A stretch of DNA of 64,000 nt, from NCBI GenBank assembly GCA_016937255.1, contig JAFGWG010000124.1, forward strand, positions 1,706 to 65,705. Reading direction: 5' to 3'. The notes under the pieces were generated by a model. That model had not been told where the DNA came from. It saw only the letters and a list, made by a program, of their open reading frames with translations, and made no database searches. Below, one piece after another: positions 50,452 to 60,752 of the stretch. A program made the translations under genes and the position numbers. Source of the stretch: Bacteroidales bacterium. GTDB lineage: Bacteria; Bacteroidota; Bacteroidia; Bacteroidales; DTU049. Numbering within the stretch: the first letter of the stretch is position 1; each line of letters opens with the position of its first letter.

Positions 50452-53400
50452 ATGAGAATCCTGACTTTTGCAATTGCTGTATTTTTGGGCGTACAGGTTT
50501 TTGCACAACAAAGCATTATTATTAATGCTGAAAATCAGAATAATCTTGAATTTGTCAGTTCAACACAACAGACACTACAGGTAAGTTTCACAATTCACGA
50601 CCTAAATATTACTTCGTTTAAAACCGAAAATGGCGAGTTTTGCCAAATACACCTATTCGACGCTGTAAATATGGGCGAAATCGGTTGTCCCGAGTTGCCA
50701 ACCATAACAAAAATGATTCGCATTCCCGAAAATGCAGAACTTAAAATCGTTGTTCAGTCTGCTCAATATACCGATATTGATTTAGCAGATTATGGAATTT
50801 ATAGCCCTCTCTTCCCGGAACAGGGACATCAAACCAAAGACAATAATGTCAAAGATTTTATTAAAAATAAATCTGCTTATTCCGAAAATGTTTTCTCAGG
50901 AAACGAAATTGTTCAGACCGAAGTTCAAGGGCATCTTCGTAATATGAGAATTGCTTTGCTCAAAATTTCTCCCGTTCAATATAATCCGGTTCAAAACACA
51001 ATACGCGTGTATCATAGTATTGATTTTGCAGTGGTATATAAAAATGCCAATTGGGCTCAAAGTGCTGAGCTGGACAAAAAGTATGGCAGTTTTCTTTTTT
51101 CATCTATAGAAAATGAGGTTTTCAATACCGATATTTTTAAAGCACAAAAAGACACCAATACGCAATATCCAGTTAAAATGATAATTGTGGCCGACACCAT
51201 GTTTCACGATGCGTTACAGCCATTCATTCAATGGAAAACCAAAAAGGGATTTATTGTAGAAGAAGCATACACAAGTAATCCCGCGGTGGGAACTACAACT
51301 ACTAGTATAAAGTCTTATTTGCAATCATCATGGGATAATGCTTCTGCGGGTGATCCGGCTCAAAGTTTTATCCTCATTGTTGGCGATGTTGCACAAATTC
51401 CGGCATTTAGTGGTACGGCTGGTTCTCATTTTACCGATATGTATTATGCAGAATATACTGGTGACGTCATTCCTGAAGTGTTTTTTGGTCGTTTTAGTGC
51501 AACATCTGTTGCTGAGCTTCAGCCTCAAATTGATAAAACGCTTGAGTATGAGCAATACCTTTTCCCCACAGAAACATGGCTTGACACGGTAGTAATGGTT
51601 GCCGGCGTCGATGGTTCTTTTGGTCCGGTTCACGGAAATGGTCAAATCAATTATGGAATTACCTATTATTTCAATGCTTCGCAAGGTCTTTATTCCTACA
51701 CACACCTTTATCCCAATTCAGGTAGTGAGGCTGCACAGATCAGAAGCGAAATAGGACAGGGTGTTTCTTTTGCCAATTACACTGCGCATGGTAGCACCAG
51801 CGGGTGGGCAGATCCTTCATTCGTTTCGACCGATGTTCCAAGTATGAATAATAACCACAAGTATCCACTTATGATAGGAAATGCTTGTTCAACAAATACA
51901 TTTAGCTCAGATTGCTTTGGCGAAACATTGCTTCGTATTCCAGAAAAAGGAGCCATTGGATATATAGGCGGTTCAAACTCTACTTATTGGGATGAAGATT
52001 TTTACTGGGCTGTTGGAGTAAGAACCACCATTGACGCAAACCCCGTTTATAGTGTAGGAAACCATGGTTCTTATGATCGATTATGGCATATCAACGGTGA
52101 ACCTTTCAGCGAATGGTTTGTTTCACAAGGCCAAATGGTAATGGCAGGAAATATGGCTGTTTTACAAAGCGGAAACACTTCATATACGTATTATTCTGAG
52201 ATTTATCATCTCATGGGCGATCCTTCATTAATGCCCTATATTGGAATCCCATCACAGCTCACGGTTAGTCATCCACCATTAGTTCCTATTGGCCAAAGTT
52301 CTATCGCGGTAACAACCGAGCCCTACGCTTATGTTGGTGTAAGTCAAAATGGTGTTTGGCATGGTGCAGGAATAGCAGATGCTACAGGAAACCTTACAAT
52401 TAATATTATTCCTTTTACCATTCCCGGGAATATAGATATTGTTGGAACAAAGCAATTTAGAAAACCATACGTATCAACATTTATTGCTCAAAATCCAACA
52501 GGTCCCTATGTTTTGTATGATGCAAATGCTGTTATTGATGTTGCTGGTAACAATAATCAGATGGCCGATTTTAAAGAAACTGTTGATCTGAACGTAAGGC
52601 TTAAAAATTACGGTTTGCAAAACGACACAACGGTATATGCCATTTTAAGCACTACAGATCCTTATGTTGAGATTATCGACAGCGTTGGTATCTGGGGGCT
52701 AATGTATGCCAACGATACTCTTACTCTTTCTCAGGCATTCACAATTAAAATTGATACTTTGATTCCAGATCAGCATATTGCTGGCTTCAATCTTAGTATA
52801 CGAGATTCTTCATCCAATGTCTGGCCTTCAAATTTCAATATTTTACTCAACGCTCCTGTATTGAAGATCATGGATTTGACAATTGATGATAGTGGTTCAG
52901 GAAATGGTAATAATAAACTTGACGCCGGTGAAACGGTTGATATTAGTATTTCTGCAATTAATAATGGTCATGCAGATATTGATCAGGCAATGGCTTCCCT
53001 AAGTACAATAAGCCCTTATATAACCATTAATTCCTCTCAGCATTTCCACGATACTCTAAATCAAGCTTTAATGGAAATCGGCTTATACAATATCTCTGTA
53101 AATGCAGGTACACCATTAGGGCAAACTATTGACCTCACCCTCGATCTTGTAGCTGGTCTTTATTCAGATTCAAAAACATTTGTAAAGTCTGTTGGACAGG
53201 TTGATGAGGATTGGGAAACCGGAGACATGAGCCAATTTGCATGGATTATTGGAGGCGATGTTCCTTGGACTATTACCAGTGGAAACCCCTATGAAGGATC
53301 CTTTGCAGCAATGTCGGGCGATATTGGAGACGATCAAACCTCAACACTTTCTATTGACATTAACGTGCTTAGTGCCGACACCCTGTCTTTCTATAAAAAA

Positions 53401-53907
53401 GTCTCTTGCGAAGAAGGTTGGTCTGGAACGCTATGGGATTATCTCGATTTTCAGGTTGATGGCACAAGCAAAGGTAAATGGGGTGGAGAAATTGCCTGGT
53501 CAGAAGAAAAATATGCGCTTACTATGGGTTATCACGAACTGACTTGGTTATATTTTAAAGATGGTTCTATTTCGTCGGGCTCAGATGCAGCATGGGTCGA
53601 TTATATTATTTTCCCGCCAATGATTGTTGTAACGGGTCTTGAAGAAGATATTATTCAGAATAATGTGAGGGTGTCCCCAAATCCTGCAGTTGATCATACT
53701 ACTGTTCAATTTATGCATGAAGGGGGTGCGTTTAGTATTCAAATCTACGATGTCCAAGGTAAATTGCTTCGTGAAATAAACGCAGAAGCTCCAGCTGGAC
53801 AACTCTATTATCCAATTGATGTTGAAACCCTAGAACAAGGTATTTATACTCTTTTGGTTACAACTGATAAACAGTATTTTAGCAGCCAATTCGTAAAAAC
53901 CAACTAA
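50452..53907 (+). CDS. Gingipain-like C25 cysteine peptidase, T9SS cargo (paralog 1)
   Basis: 1151 aa. Signal peptide; propeptide-like N-terminus (GCPELPTITKMIRIP); His motif YTAHGS; Cys motif IGNACS. A shared C-terminal module is VDEDWETGDM...AAWVDYIIFPP. T9SS CTD: VSPNPAVDHTTV...GIYTLLV. Confidence 0.8.
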   Translation: MRILTFAIAVFLGVQVFAQQSIIINAENQNNLEFVSSTQQTLQVSFTIHDLNITSFKTENGEFCQIHLFDAVNMGEIGCPELPTITKMIRIPENAELKIVVQSAQYTDIDLADYGIYSPLFPEQGHQTKDNNVKDFIKNKSAYSENVFSGNEIVQTEVQGHLRNMRIALLKISPVQYNPVQNTIRVYHSIDFAVVYKNANWAQSAELDKKYGSFLFSSIENEVFNTDIFKAQKDTNTQYPVKMIIVADTMFHDALQPFIQWKTKKGFIVEEAYTSNPAVGTTTTSIKSYLQSSWDNASAGDPAQSFILIVGDVAQIPAFSGTAGSHFTDMYYAEYTGDVIPEVFFGRFSATSVAELQPQIDKTLEYEQYLFPTETWLDTVVMVAGVDGSFGPVHGNGQINYGITYYFNASQGLYSYTHLYPNSGSEAAQIRSEIGQGVSFANYTAHGSTSGWADPSFVSTDVPSMNNNHKYPLMIGNACSTNTFSSDCFGETLLRIPEKGAIGYIGGSNSTYWDEDFYWAVGVRTTIDANPVYSVGNHGSYDRLWHINGEPFSEWFVSQGQMVMAGNMAVLQSGNTSYTYYSEIYHLMGDPSLMPYIGIPSQLTVSHPPLVPIGQSSIAVTTEPYAYVGVSQNGVWHGAGIADATGNLTINIIPFTIPGNIDIVGTKQFRKPYVSTFIAQNPTGPYVLYDANAVIDVAGNNNQMADFKETVDLNVRLKNYGLQNDTTVYAILSTTDPYVEIIDSVGIWGLMYANDTLTLSQAFTIKIDTLIPDQHIAGFNLSIRDSSSNVWPSNFNILLNAPVLKIMDLTIDDSGSGNGNNKLDAGETVDISISAINNGHADIDQAMASLSTISPYITINSSQHFHDTLNQALMEIGLYNISVNAGTPLGQTIDLTLDLVAGLYSDSKTFVKSVGQVDEDWETGDMSQFAWIIGGDVPWTITSGNPYEGSFAAMSGDIGDDQTSTLSIDINVLSADTLSFYKKVSCEEGWSGTLWDYLDFQVDGTSKGKWGGEIAWSEEKYALTMGYHELTWLYFKDGSISSGSDAAWVDYIIFPPMIVVTGLEEDIIQNNVRVSPNPAVDHTTVQFMHEGGAFSIQIYDVQGKLLREINAEAPAGQLYYPIDVETLEQGIYTLLVTTDKQYFSSQFVKTN

Positions 53908-53909
53908 TT

Positions 53910-56900
53910 ATGATGAAATTTTTTCTGACAATTTTTCTAGCCACAATTACTGTATGTGCTTTTTCTCAGCAGTATTATTCCTTAAATAATGCTGATGGCA
54001 ACAGTATAAATGTTTTGTCTTCTAATGCAGAAGAAAGCATAATTGAATTCAATTTTAGCGGTTTTTACATTGAAGATGTAAATACTCCTCAGGGTGTTAA
54101 AAAAGCCATTTCTATGCCTGGTACTTCTCATACACTGGTAAAAGGCGAACCTCAGGTCATACAGTTGGCTCGATCCATTATAATTCCAGATTTGGGTGGA
54201 ATGGAATATAAAATTCTACAAAGCTCTTTTGAAGAATTTAATAATATTGAGTTGGTGCCATCAAAAGGGAATATTTATAGAGATGTTGATCCTTCAACTG
54301 TTTCTTACGAGTGGGGTAGAACTTATCAGGAAAATGGAGTGTTTCCCGCTTCACCCGTTTCTTTGTCAGAACCTTATATCTTGCGTGATTATAGAGGACT
54401 GGCTATTCGTGTCTTTCCCGTTCAATATAATAGCGCCAATCAAAGTATTAAGGTGTATAAAAAGATCATCGTCAAAGTTTCGCATCTTAATGCTGCAAAT
54501 GCAATTAATGAGATCAATAGAACTAAGTCTATGCAAAGCGTTGACGAGCAATTCGACGCATTGTATGCTGGCCAGTTTCTAAACTATAATCAGGCAAAAT
54601 ATACAGCCATCCCCGAGAGAGGAAACATGCTAATAATTGCTGACCCTTCTTTTGTGGCTTCCATGGCGCCATTTGTACAGTGGAAGAATAGAATTGGGTA
54701 TCCAACCGAAATTGTGAGCACAACAATAACCGGCACAACTAATACTGCAATTAAAACGTATGTAACCAATTATTACAACACCAATGGTCTTACGCATCTT
54801 CTTTTTGTTGGAGATGGATATCATATCCCGGTAATTACTTCAGGAGTTGGAGGTCCATCCGATAATGCCTATGCTTATATATCAGGAAACGATCATTATC
54901 CCGAGTTTTATGTTGGTCGTTTTTCCGTTGAAAGTACAACAGACGTGGATGTAATGGTTGAAAGAAGTATTCAGTATGAATTGAACCCTTATACCGGGTC
55001 CGATTGGTTAAATAGAAACTTAGGTATTGCCAGTGATCAGGGTCCAGGCGATGATAATGAATATGACTATGAGCATATCAGAAATATTCAGTCAGATTTG
55101 CTTGCCTATGAATATACATTATCCTTTGAACTCTTTGATGGTTCACAAGGCAGTCTCGATGCCAATGGAAATCCATCTGCTTCAAATGTTGGAACTGTTG
55201 TTAATGATGGAGTGGGCATTATAACATACTGCGGACATGGCAGCGATGTTTCTTGGGGAACCAGTGGATTTAGTAATACCAATATAAACACTTTAACCAA
55301 TACAAACGAATGGCCATTTATATTCTCTGTGGCTTGTGTTAATGGAAACTTTGTATCTCAGACCTGTTTTGCAGAAGCGTGGCTTAGAGCAAGAAGTGTT
55401 GGTGGCGATCCAACTGGTGCCGTAGCAACAATAATGAGCACCATCAATCAATCATGGGATCCACCAATGGAAGGGCAAGATGAAATGGTAGATGTGCTTT
55501 GTGAATTGAATAGTGGAAATATTAAACACTCTTTTGCCGGTATTGTGATGAGTGGCTGTATGAAAATGAACGATACTTATGGTTCTAGTGGTGATGAAAT
55601 GACAGACACTTGGACGGTGTTTGGAGATCCTTCAATTATGGTGCGTACCGACACTGCAAAAACATTGAGTGTTACACATAACCCAACCACTTTTGTTGGT
55701 GCAAGTTCTTTTACTGTAAACTGTAATGTGGAAAATGCATTTGTGTGTATTACACTTAATGATCAGATTCTTGGAACGGGTATAATTTCAGGAGGTACAA
55801 CAAATATTAGTTTCCCTGCATTGATAGGTGTTGATACTCTTGTTGTAGCAGTTACCCATTATAATTATATCCCTTATATTGGCGAAGTGCCTATTATTTC
55901 TGCTACAGGTCCCTATATTGTTTATGATAGCCATACTATAAATGATGCTTCAGCCAATAATAATGCGCACGCCGATTACCAAGAAAGCTTTTTGTTGAAT
56001 TTAACACTCAATAATGCCGGAGTGAGTGATGCCTCTTCAGTTGTAGGCAATATTTCCTCTAATGATGCCGCAATAAGTATTACCGATACTACTCAGGCTT
56101 ATGGAAGTATTTTAAGTGGAAACACTGCAACTCAAAACGACGCCTATGCTATTACTGTAGGCGATGTTGCTGATGGTCATTTGGCTACTTTCCATTTAAA
56201 TAGTACAGATGGTGTCGATTCATGGGGCTCTACTTTTCATATTAGCATCAGTGCGCCGGCTTTGGCCATTGGAAATCTTTTGGTCGACGATGCTTCTGGA
56301 AATAATGATGGAAAACTCGACCCAGGAGAAACAGCAAATATTATTATTGAATCATTTAATAATGGTCACGCCGATTATAGCTCTACTGGTGGAATACTTA
56401 GTTCTACAAGCCCATATGTGACCATTAATAATGGGTCTGCAGCTCTTGGCACATTAAGTGCTTCGGGAAATGCCAACGCAAACTTCAATATAACAATTAG
56501 TGCTGGAGCTACATTGGGGTCAAGTGTAGATCTTACTTATACCCTTGGAACAGGATTTTATGAAGTGCAGTACACATTTAATCTTAAAGTTGGTATTGTT
56601 GATGAAGACTGGGAGAGTGGAGATATGACTCAATATAATTGGACCACTTCAGGAAATCAAAACTGGTTTGTCACTACTGAAAACCCATACGAAGGAACAT
56701 ATTGCGTTAAATCTGGAACCATTACCGATAACCAAAGTTCAACCCTTAGTGTTTCTATTAACTGTGCAACCACTGATTCTATTTCATTTTATAGAAAAGT
56801 TTCGTGTGAAGACGGTTCTTCTTATGGTTCACAATGGGATTATCTTGAATTCAAAATTGATAATACTTCCAAAGATTGGTGGGATGGTGTTAAAGCTTGG

Positions 56901-57308
56901 CAACGAGTAGCTTATGCAACTACTACGGGTCAACACACTTTCTCTTGGACATATTCTAAAGATGGCTATGTGTCCGATGGCGACGATGCTGCATGGGTCG
57001 ATTATATCGTTTTCCCACCTCTTGCAGTTCCAACTGGAATTGAAGAGGCCGATTTCAGCTTTAATGTGTATCCTAATCCATCATCTGGCAATTCTTCACT
57101 GGAAATCTATGTAAATGAAAATGAATTGGTTCATATTGCAATATTGAATGAACTAGGTCAGATTAATAGCATTATTTATGAAGGTGAATTGTCTCAGGGG
57201 CAGCATCACATTTCTCTTAATTTAGAGTCTCTTTCTCAAGGTCTTTATTTTATTAGGGTTCTTGGGGAAAGTGGCACCTCGACGAGAATGCTGATGATTG
57301 GTCACTAA
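53910..57308 (+). CDS. Gingipain-like C25 cysteine peptidase, T9SS cargo (paralog 2)
   Basis: 1132 aa, starting 2 nt after paralog 1. YCGHGSDVSWGTSGF...PFIFSVACVNGNF closely follows the RgpB catalytic His/Cys pattern as I recall it. Shared module: VDEDWESGDM...AAWVDYIVFPP. CTD: VYPNPSSGNSSL...GLYFIRV. Confidence 0.85.
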   Translation: MMKFFLTIFLATITVCAFSQQYYSLNNADGNSINVLSSNAEESIIEFNFSGFYIEDVNTPQGVKKAISMPGTSHTLVKGEPQVIQLARSIIIPDLGGMEYKILQSSFEEFNNIELVPSKGNIYRDVDPSTVSYEWGRTYQENGVFPASPVSLSEPYILRDYRGLAIRVFPVQYNSANQSIKVYKKIIVKVSHLNAANAINEINRTKSMQSVDEQFDALYAGQFLNYNQAKYTAIPERGNMLIIADPSFVASMAPFVQWKNRIGYPTEIVSTTITGTTNTAIKTYVTNYYNTNGLTHLLFVGDGYHIPVITSGVGGPSDNAYAYISGNDHYPEFYVGRFSVESTTDVDVMVERSIQYELNPYTGSDWLNRNLGIASDQGPGDDNEYDYEHIRNIQSDLLAYEYTLSFELFDGSQGSLDANGNPSASNVGTVVNDGVGIITYCGHGSDVSWGTSGFSNTNINTLTNTNEWPFIFSVACVNGNFVSQTCFAEAWLRARSVGGDPTGAVATIMSTINQSWDPPMEGQDEMVDVLCELNSGNIKHSFAGIVMSGCMKMNDTYGSSGDEMTDTWTVFGDPSIMVRTDTAKTLSVTHNPTTFVGASSFTVNCNVENAFVCITLNDQILGTGIISGGTTNISFPALIGVDTLVVAVTHYNYIPYIGEVPIISATGPYIVYDSHTINDASANNNAHADYQESFLLNLTLNNAGVSDASSVVGNISSNDAAISITDTTQAYGSILSGNTATQNDAYAITVGDVADGHLATFHLNSTDGVDSWGSTFHISISAPALAIGNLLVDDASGNNDGKLDPGETANIIIESFNNGHADYSSTGGILSSTSPYVTINNGSAALGTLSASGNANANFNITISAGATLGSSVDLTYTLGTGFYEVQYTFNLKVGIVDEDWESGDMTQYNWTTSGNQNWFVTTENPYEGTYCVKSGTITDNQSSTLSVSINCATTDSISFYRKVSCEDGSSYGSQWDYLEFKIDNTSKDWWDGVKAWQRVAYATTTGQHTFSWTYSKDGYVSDGDDAAWVDYIVFPPLAVPTGIEEADFSFNVYPNPSSGNSSLEIYVNENELVHIAILNELGQINSIIYEGELSQGQHHISLNLESLSQGLYFIRVLGESGTSTRMLMIGH

Positions 57309-57331
57309 AGTATTTTACCCACTATTATTAG

Positions 57332-57359
57332 AGGCACTTCGTATTGAGGTGCCTTTTTC
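57332..57359 (+). terminator. Rho-independent terminator after the C25 tandem
   Basis: AGGCAC / ttcgtattgag loop / GTGCCT followed by TTTTT. It overlaps the track start of the next ORF, which favours that gene's later start. Confidence 0.7.
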
Positions 57360-57413
57360 ATGTCTGAAAACGCAATATTTTTAGTAAGTTTGCTGTTCAT
57401 TCATAAAAGCACT

Positions 57414-59195
57414 ATGATGTATAAATTCTTTTTTCTTTTCATGCTCATTTCCCCAATGATGTTTGCGCAGATTAATTACAGCGATCAATATCCTAACGGA
57501 GAAATAAAAAGTCGCGGAAAAATCTTGCAAGACAGCACTAAAACTGGAAAGTGGAAATACTATTATCAAAATGGCAAGGTAAAAGCCTTTGGCGAATATG
57601 ATAACGGGAAAGAGATTGGGAAATGGATTTACTATTATCCCAATGGTGATGTTTGGAAGGAAGAAGATAAAATTAATGGAGATGTAACTGCGTGGTATAC
57701 ACATCCAGATAAAATTGAATATAGTGGGAAAATGAAAGATGGAAAGCAACATGGTGCATGGACTTTCTATTATGAAAACGGAAAGCAACAAAGTGAACAA
57801 TATTATAATGAAGGTGAGCGAATAGCCCAATGGAAGTATTGGTATGAAAACGGCGATATTTGGAAAATTATTAGCATGGAAAATGGACCTGTTACTATTT
57901 ATGATACTACCGGACGAGTATTTGAAGAATGGGAAGTGGCAAAGAGTTTGAAAAACGGATGGTATAAAAAATATGACTTTTGGGGCACCGTGCTGGAAGA
58001 ATCAGAATTCAAAGATGATCAAAGAAATGGTATGTTTAAGCTTTACCACGGAAATGGAACCTTGGCGGTGAATGGAAAATATCAAAATGATAGTAAAACG
58101 GGTGTTTGGCATTATTACTACGTAGACGGAAAAAAATTAAAAGATGTAAGCATACAAGATGGCCCATGCACTTCGTGGTATAATAGTGGGGAAAAATATG
58201 AGTATTGGCTTCATTATGAAGGGTTGAAAGATTCTGTATATACGGCTTGGTATAAAAATAATCATATAAAAGAACAAACAAATTATATCAAAGGTAAAAA
58301 GCAGGGACATTGCATCGTTTATCATGATAATGGACAAAAAAGCTTTGAGGGACATTACCTAAATGACTCACTTAACTCCTATTGCTACTGGTGGTTTCAG
58401 GATGGAAAAACTGAAATGGAAGGTAAGTTGAAGATGGATAAGCACGACAGTACCTGGAAATTCTATCACAATACAGGGAAACTAGGTAGCACTGGCGATT
58501 TTGTAGATGATCTGCAAGATGGCGAATGGACTTTCTTTTATGAAACAGGTGAAAAGTGGCGTCAAGGGTCATATAAAATGGGGAAAAGAAACGGACTGTG
58601 GCTCGCCTGGTTTGAATCTGGTGCAAAACAGCGTGAAGGTAGTTTTATAGATGATAAGGAAGATGGTCATTGGATTAGTTGGTTTGAAGATGGACAAACC
58701 GATAATGAAGGCTATTTTAAGGCTGGTATTATGGACGGTGATTGGAAGGGATATTACTCAGATGGGCAGTTAAAATATGAAACTACATATAAAAATGGTG
58801 TGAAACATGGTCATGATGTGTTTTTTCTACCTACAGGCAATTACCTTTACGAAGCTACGTATTATAAGGGAATGAAAAATGGTCATTACGTCGAATATGG
58901 CGAAAGCGGTAAGCCAGTTGAGGAAGGCAATTATAAAATGAATATCAAAAACGGATCATGGACTTTTTACGATAAATACGGATCAAAAATTAGACAACAG
59001 CAATTTAAAAATGGTCGTCCTGAAGGAAAAATTATAGAGTATTTCCCTAATGGGAAAATGGCATCAACTGGTCAATACGACGATACTAAAAAGGTAGGAC
59101 AATGGGTGTATTATGATAAAGATGGTAAAGTGATTTACAAAGTCTTTTTCGATAGCAACGGAAAGAGGGTTAAAGAATACAGACCTGAAGATTAG
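57414..59195 (+). CDS. Secreted MORN/YwqK-type repeat protein
   Basis: From the start MMYKFFFLFMLISPMMFAQ onward there are more than 20 tandem ~23-aa repeats of the pattern G.W..YY.NGk....g.Y..G...G.W. Confidence 0.7.
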   Translation: MMYKFFFLFMLISPMMFAQINYSDQYPNGEIKSRGKILQDSTKTGKWKYYYQNGKVKAFGEYDNGKEIGKWIYYYPNGDVWKEEDKINGDVTAWYTHPDKIEYSGKMKDGKQHGAWTFYYENGKQQSEQYYNEGERIAQWKYWYENGDIWKIISMENGPVTIYDTTGRVFEEWEVAKSLKNGWYKKYDFWGTVLEESEFKDDQRNGMFKLYHGNGTLAVNGKYQNDSKTGVWHYYYVDGKKLKDVSIQDGPCTSWYNSGEKYEYWLHYEGLKDSVYTAWYKNNHIKEQTNYIKGKKQGHCIVYHDNGQKSFEGHYLNDSLNSYCYWWFQDGKTEMEGKLKMDKHDSTWKFYHNTGKLGSTGDFVDDLQDGEWTFFYETGEKWRQGSYKMGKRNGLWLAWFESGAKQREGSFIDDKEDGHWISWFEDGQTDNEGYFKAGIMDGDWKGYYSDGQLKYETTYKNGVKHGHDVFFLPTGNYLYEATYYKGMKNGHYVEYGESGKPVEEGNYKMNIKNGSWTFYDKYGSKIRQQQFKNGRPEGKIIEYFPNGKMASTGQYDDTKKVGQWVYYDKDGKVIYKVFFDSNGKRVKEYRPED

Positions 59196-59653
59196 AGTTC
59201 CTGTTCCTTTTCTTTTCTGTCCATTTTTTGATATTCCATCTCAGCAACTATGGTTTGAAAGTCTACCAGTGCATCGCCTTCAATTTGTTTGGCAAGCGTT
59301 AATCCTGGCACAGATTTTAATATGGCTTTCCAGGTGGATGCTTCATTTTTATTTAATTCACGATCCCAGATAAGAAAAAAATCTACGCCTTTATATTGTT
59401 TAAATAATGCGTGATTTTCTGTGCGATTACCAATGAAAAACATGTCTGAGTATTCTTGACAAAGAAAAATACTGAAGGGGATTTCTTTTTTTTGACGTTT
59501 GTTGAAATGGATATATGGTTCGCCTTTAATAAAATCGGGCTCAATGCTCTTATTCAAATACCAAATAAAGCGATAATCTCGCATCGGTGCAGAGATAGCA
59601 AATACGCTGATTTCCTGTAAGGGGCCAACATCAAATATTATCTTTGCCGTCAT
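59192..59653 (-). CDS. Hypothetical protein, possibly IPExxxVDY-family
   Basis: 153 aa. QIEGDALVDF loosely matches the IPExxxVDY motif I recall for a Bacteroidota family. It overlaps the tatC stop by 23 nt. Confidence 0.35.
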   Translation of the reverse strand: MTAKIIFDVGPLQEISVFAISAPMRDYRFIWYLNKSIEPDFIKGEPYIHFNKRQKKEIPFSIFLCQEYSDMFFIGNRTENHALFKQYKGVDFFLIWDRELNKNEASTWKAILKSVPGLTLAKQIEGDALVDFQTIVAEMEYQKMDRKEKEQEL

Positions 59654-60437
59654 TTTGCTGCTTTTTTCGGGTAAATATAATACTTATTTCAAAGAGAAAA
59701 TAAACTGGCAATGCCACCAATAACATGGTAAACGGATCTGTGGTTGGAGTAATAATGGCCGACAAAATTAATCCAGCCACTATTGCATGTTTTCGATATT
59801 TTTTAAGTCCTTCAACGGTTGTAATGCCAATAAAAACCAGAATTCTAAGCATAACCGGTAGCTCAAACATAAGACCGGTTAATAATATACTAGTGCTAAA
59901 AACCTGTAAATAAGAGGATAGGGTTATTGTGTTGGTCACGGCTTGACTCACTTGATAATTCCCTAGAAATAATACCGAGAGTGGGGTAATTATTAAAAAA
60001 GCAAAACTTGCACCTAGTAAAAATAACAAAACAATTATAAATGCATTTGTTCTGATAATCTTTTTTTCCCGCTTATAAAGAGCTGGCTTAATAAATCGCC
60101 ATAGTTGATAAACAAGGTAGGGGAAAGATATAATGGCTGCAACCAACGCTGAAACTGAAATATGCGCCATAAACTGACCAGAAAGCTTTGTGTTGATTAA
60201 GCTAAATCCTATTTCAGGCGACGAGATGGAACTAAGGTTCAGGAATTTCCCCAAAGAGGCAATCCATTGGTAAGTTATAAAGTCTTCATGTAGTAAGCTT
60301 AATAAAAAAGTGTCAAAAAGAAACGATCTGAAATTGAAAAGAACTATAAATAGAATAAAAAACACAATAAAAGCACGAAGAAGATGCTTCCTGAGCTCAT
60401 CCAGGTGATCCCAGAAACTATAGTCCTGCTCAGACAT
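59631..60437 (-). CDS. tatC: Twin-arginine translocase subunit TatC
   Basis: 268 aa with 6 TM helices. N-terminal FWDHLDELRKHLLR motif. Confidence 0.9.
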   Translation of the reverse strand: MSEQDYSFWDHLDELRKHLLRAFIVFFILFIVLFNFRSFLFDTFLLSLLHEDFITYQWIASLGKFLNLSSISSPEIGFSLINTKLSGQFMAHISVSALVAAIISFPYLVYQLWRFIKPALYKREKKIIRTNAFIIVLLFLLGASFAFLIITPLSVLFLGNYQVSQAVTNTITLSSYLQVFSTSILLTGLMFELPVMLRILVFIGITTVEGLKKYRKHAIVAGLILSAIITPTTDPFTMLLVALPVYFLFEISIIFTRKKQQNDGKDNI

Positions 60438-60440
60438 GCA

Positions 60441-60659
60441 CTAGCTTTTTTTGTCTGTGTCTTCTTTTTTATCTTTGCTACTGTCTGTTTCTTCAGCATC
60501 AAGGCCACTCGAGGCGTTCTTAAACTCTCTTACCCCTTTTCCTAATCCACGCATAAGCTCAGGAATTTTTCGTCCACCAAACAATAATATAACAACCAGA
60601 ACAATCACAATAATTTCTGGTGTTCCGATCATGCCCATATTAATAATATTGTATTCCAT
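60441..60659 (-). CDS. tatA: Twin-arginine translocase subunit TatA/E
   Basis: [38 protein letters not shown]. The start is probably an internal Met (60638 or 60632). Confidence 0.9.
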   Translation of the reverse strand: MEYNIINMGMIGTPEIIVIVLVVILLFGGRKIPELMRGLGKGVREFKNASSGLDAEETDSSKDKKEDTDKKS

Positions 60660-60752
60660 GCAAAAGTGGTTTTTACAAATGTACGTGATTTTTTTTATTT
60701 CCTAATACAGAAGCGCTTTTAATAAGCTATGCAATAATTAATAAGAAATTGA

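Noticed and set aside
50452-53907. Calling the first C25 protein PorU (the T9SS sortase)
   Set aside because: PorU is also a ~1150-aa C25-like protein, but here the gene is followed by a second gingipain-like paralog and not by porV. Both proteins have gingipain-type propeptides and ordinary cargo-type CTDs. A cargo protease is more likely. An HMM would be needed to decide.
57381-57830. 149-aa minus-strand ORF, and the other antisense ORFs within the MORN-repeat gene (58036-58626)
   Set aside because: The repetitive AT-rich coding sequence keeps antisense frames open. The plus-strand repeat protein explains the region.
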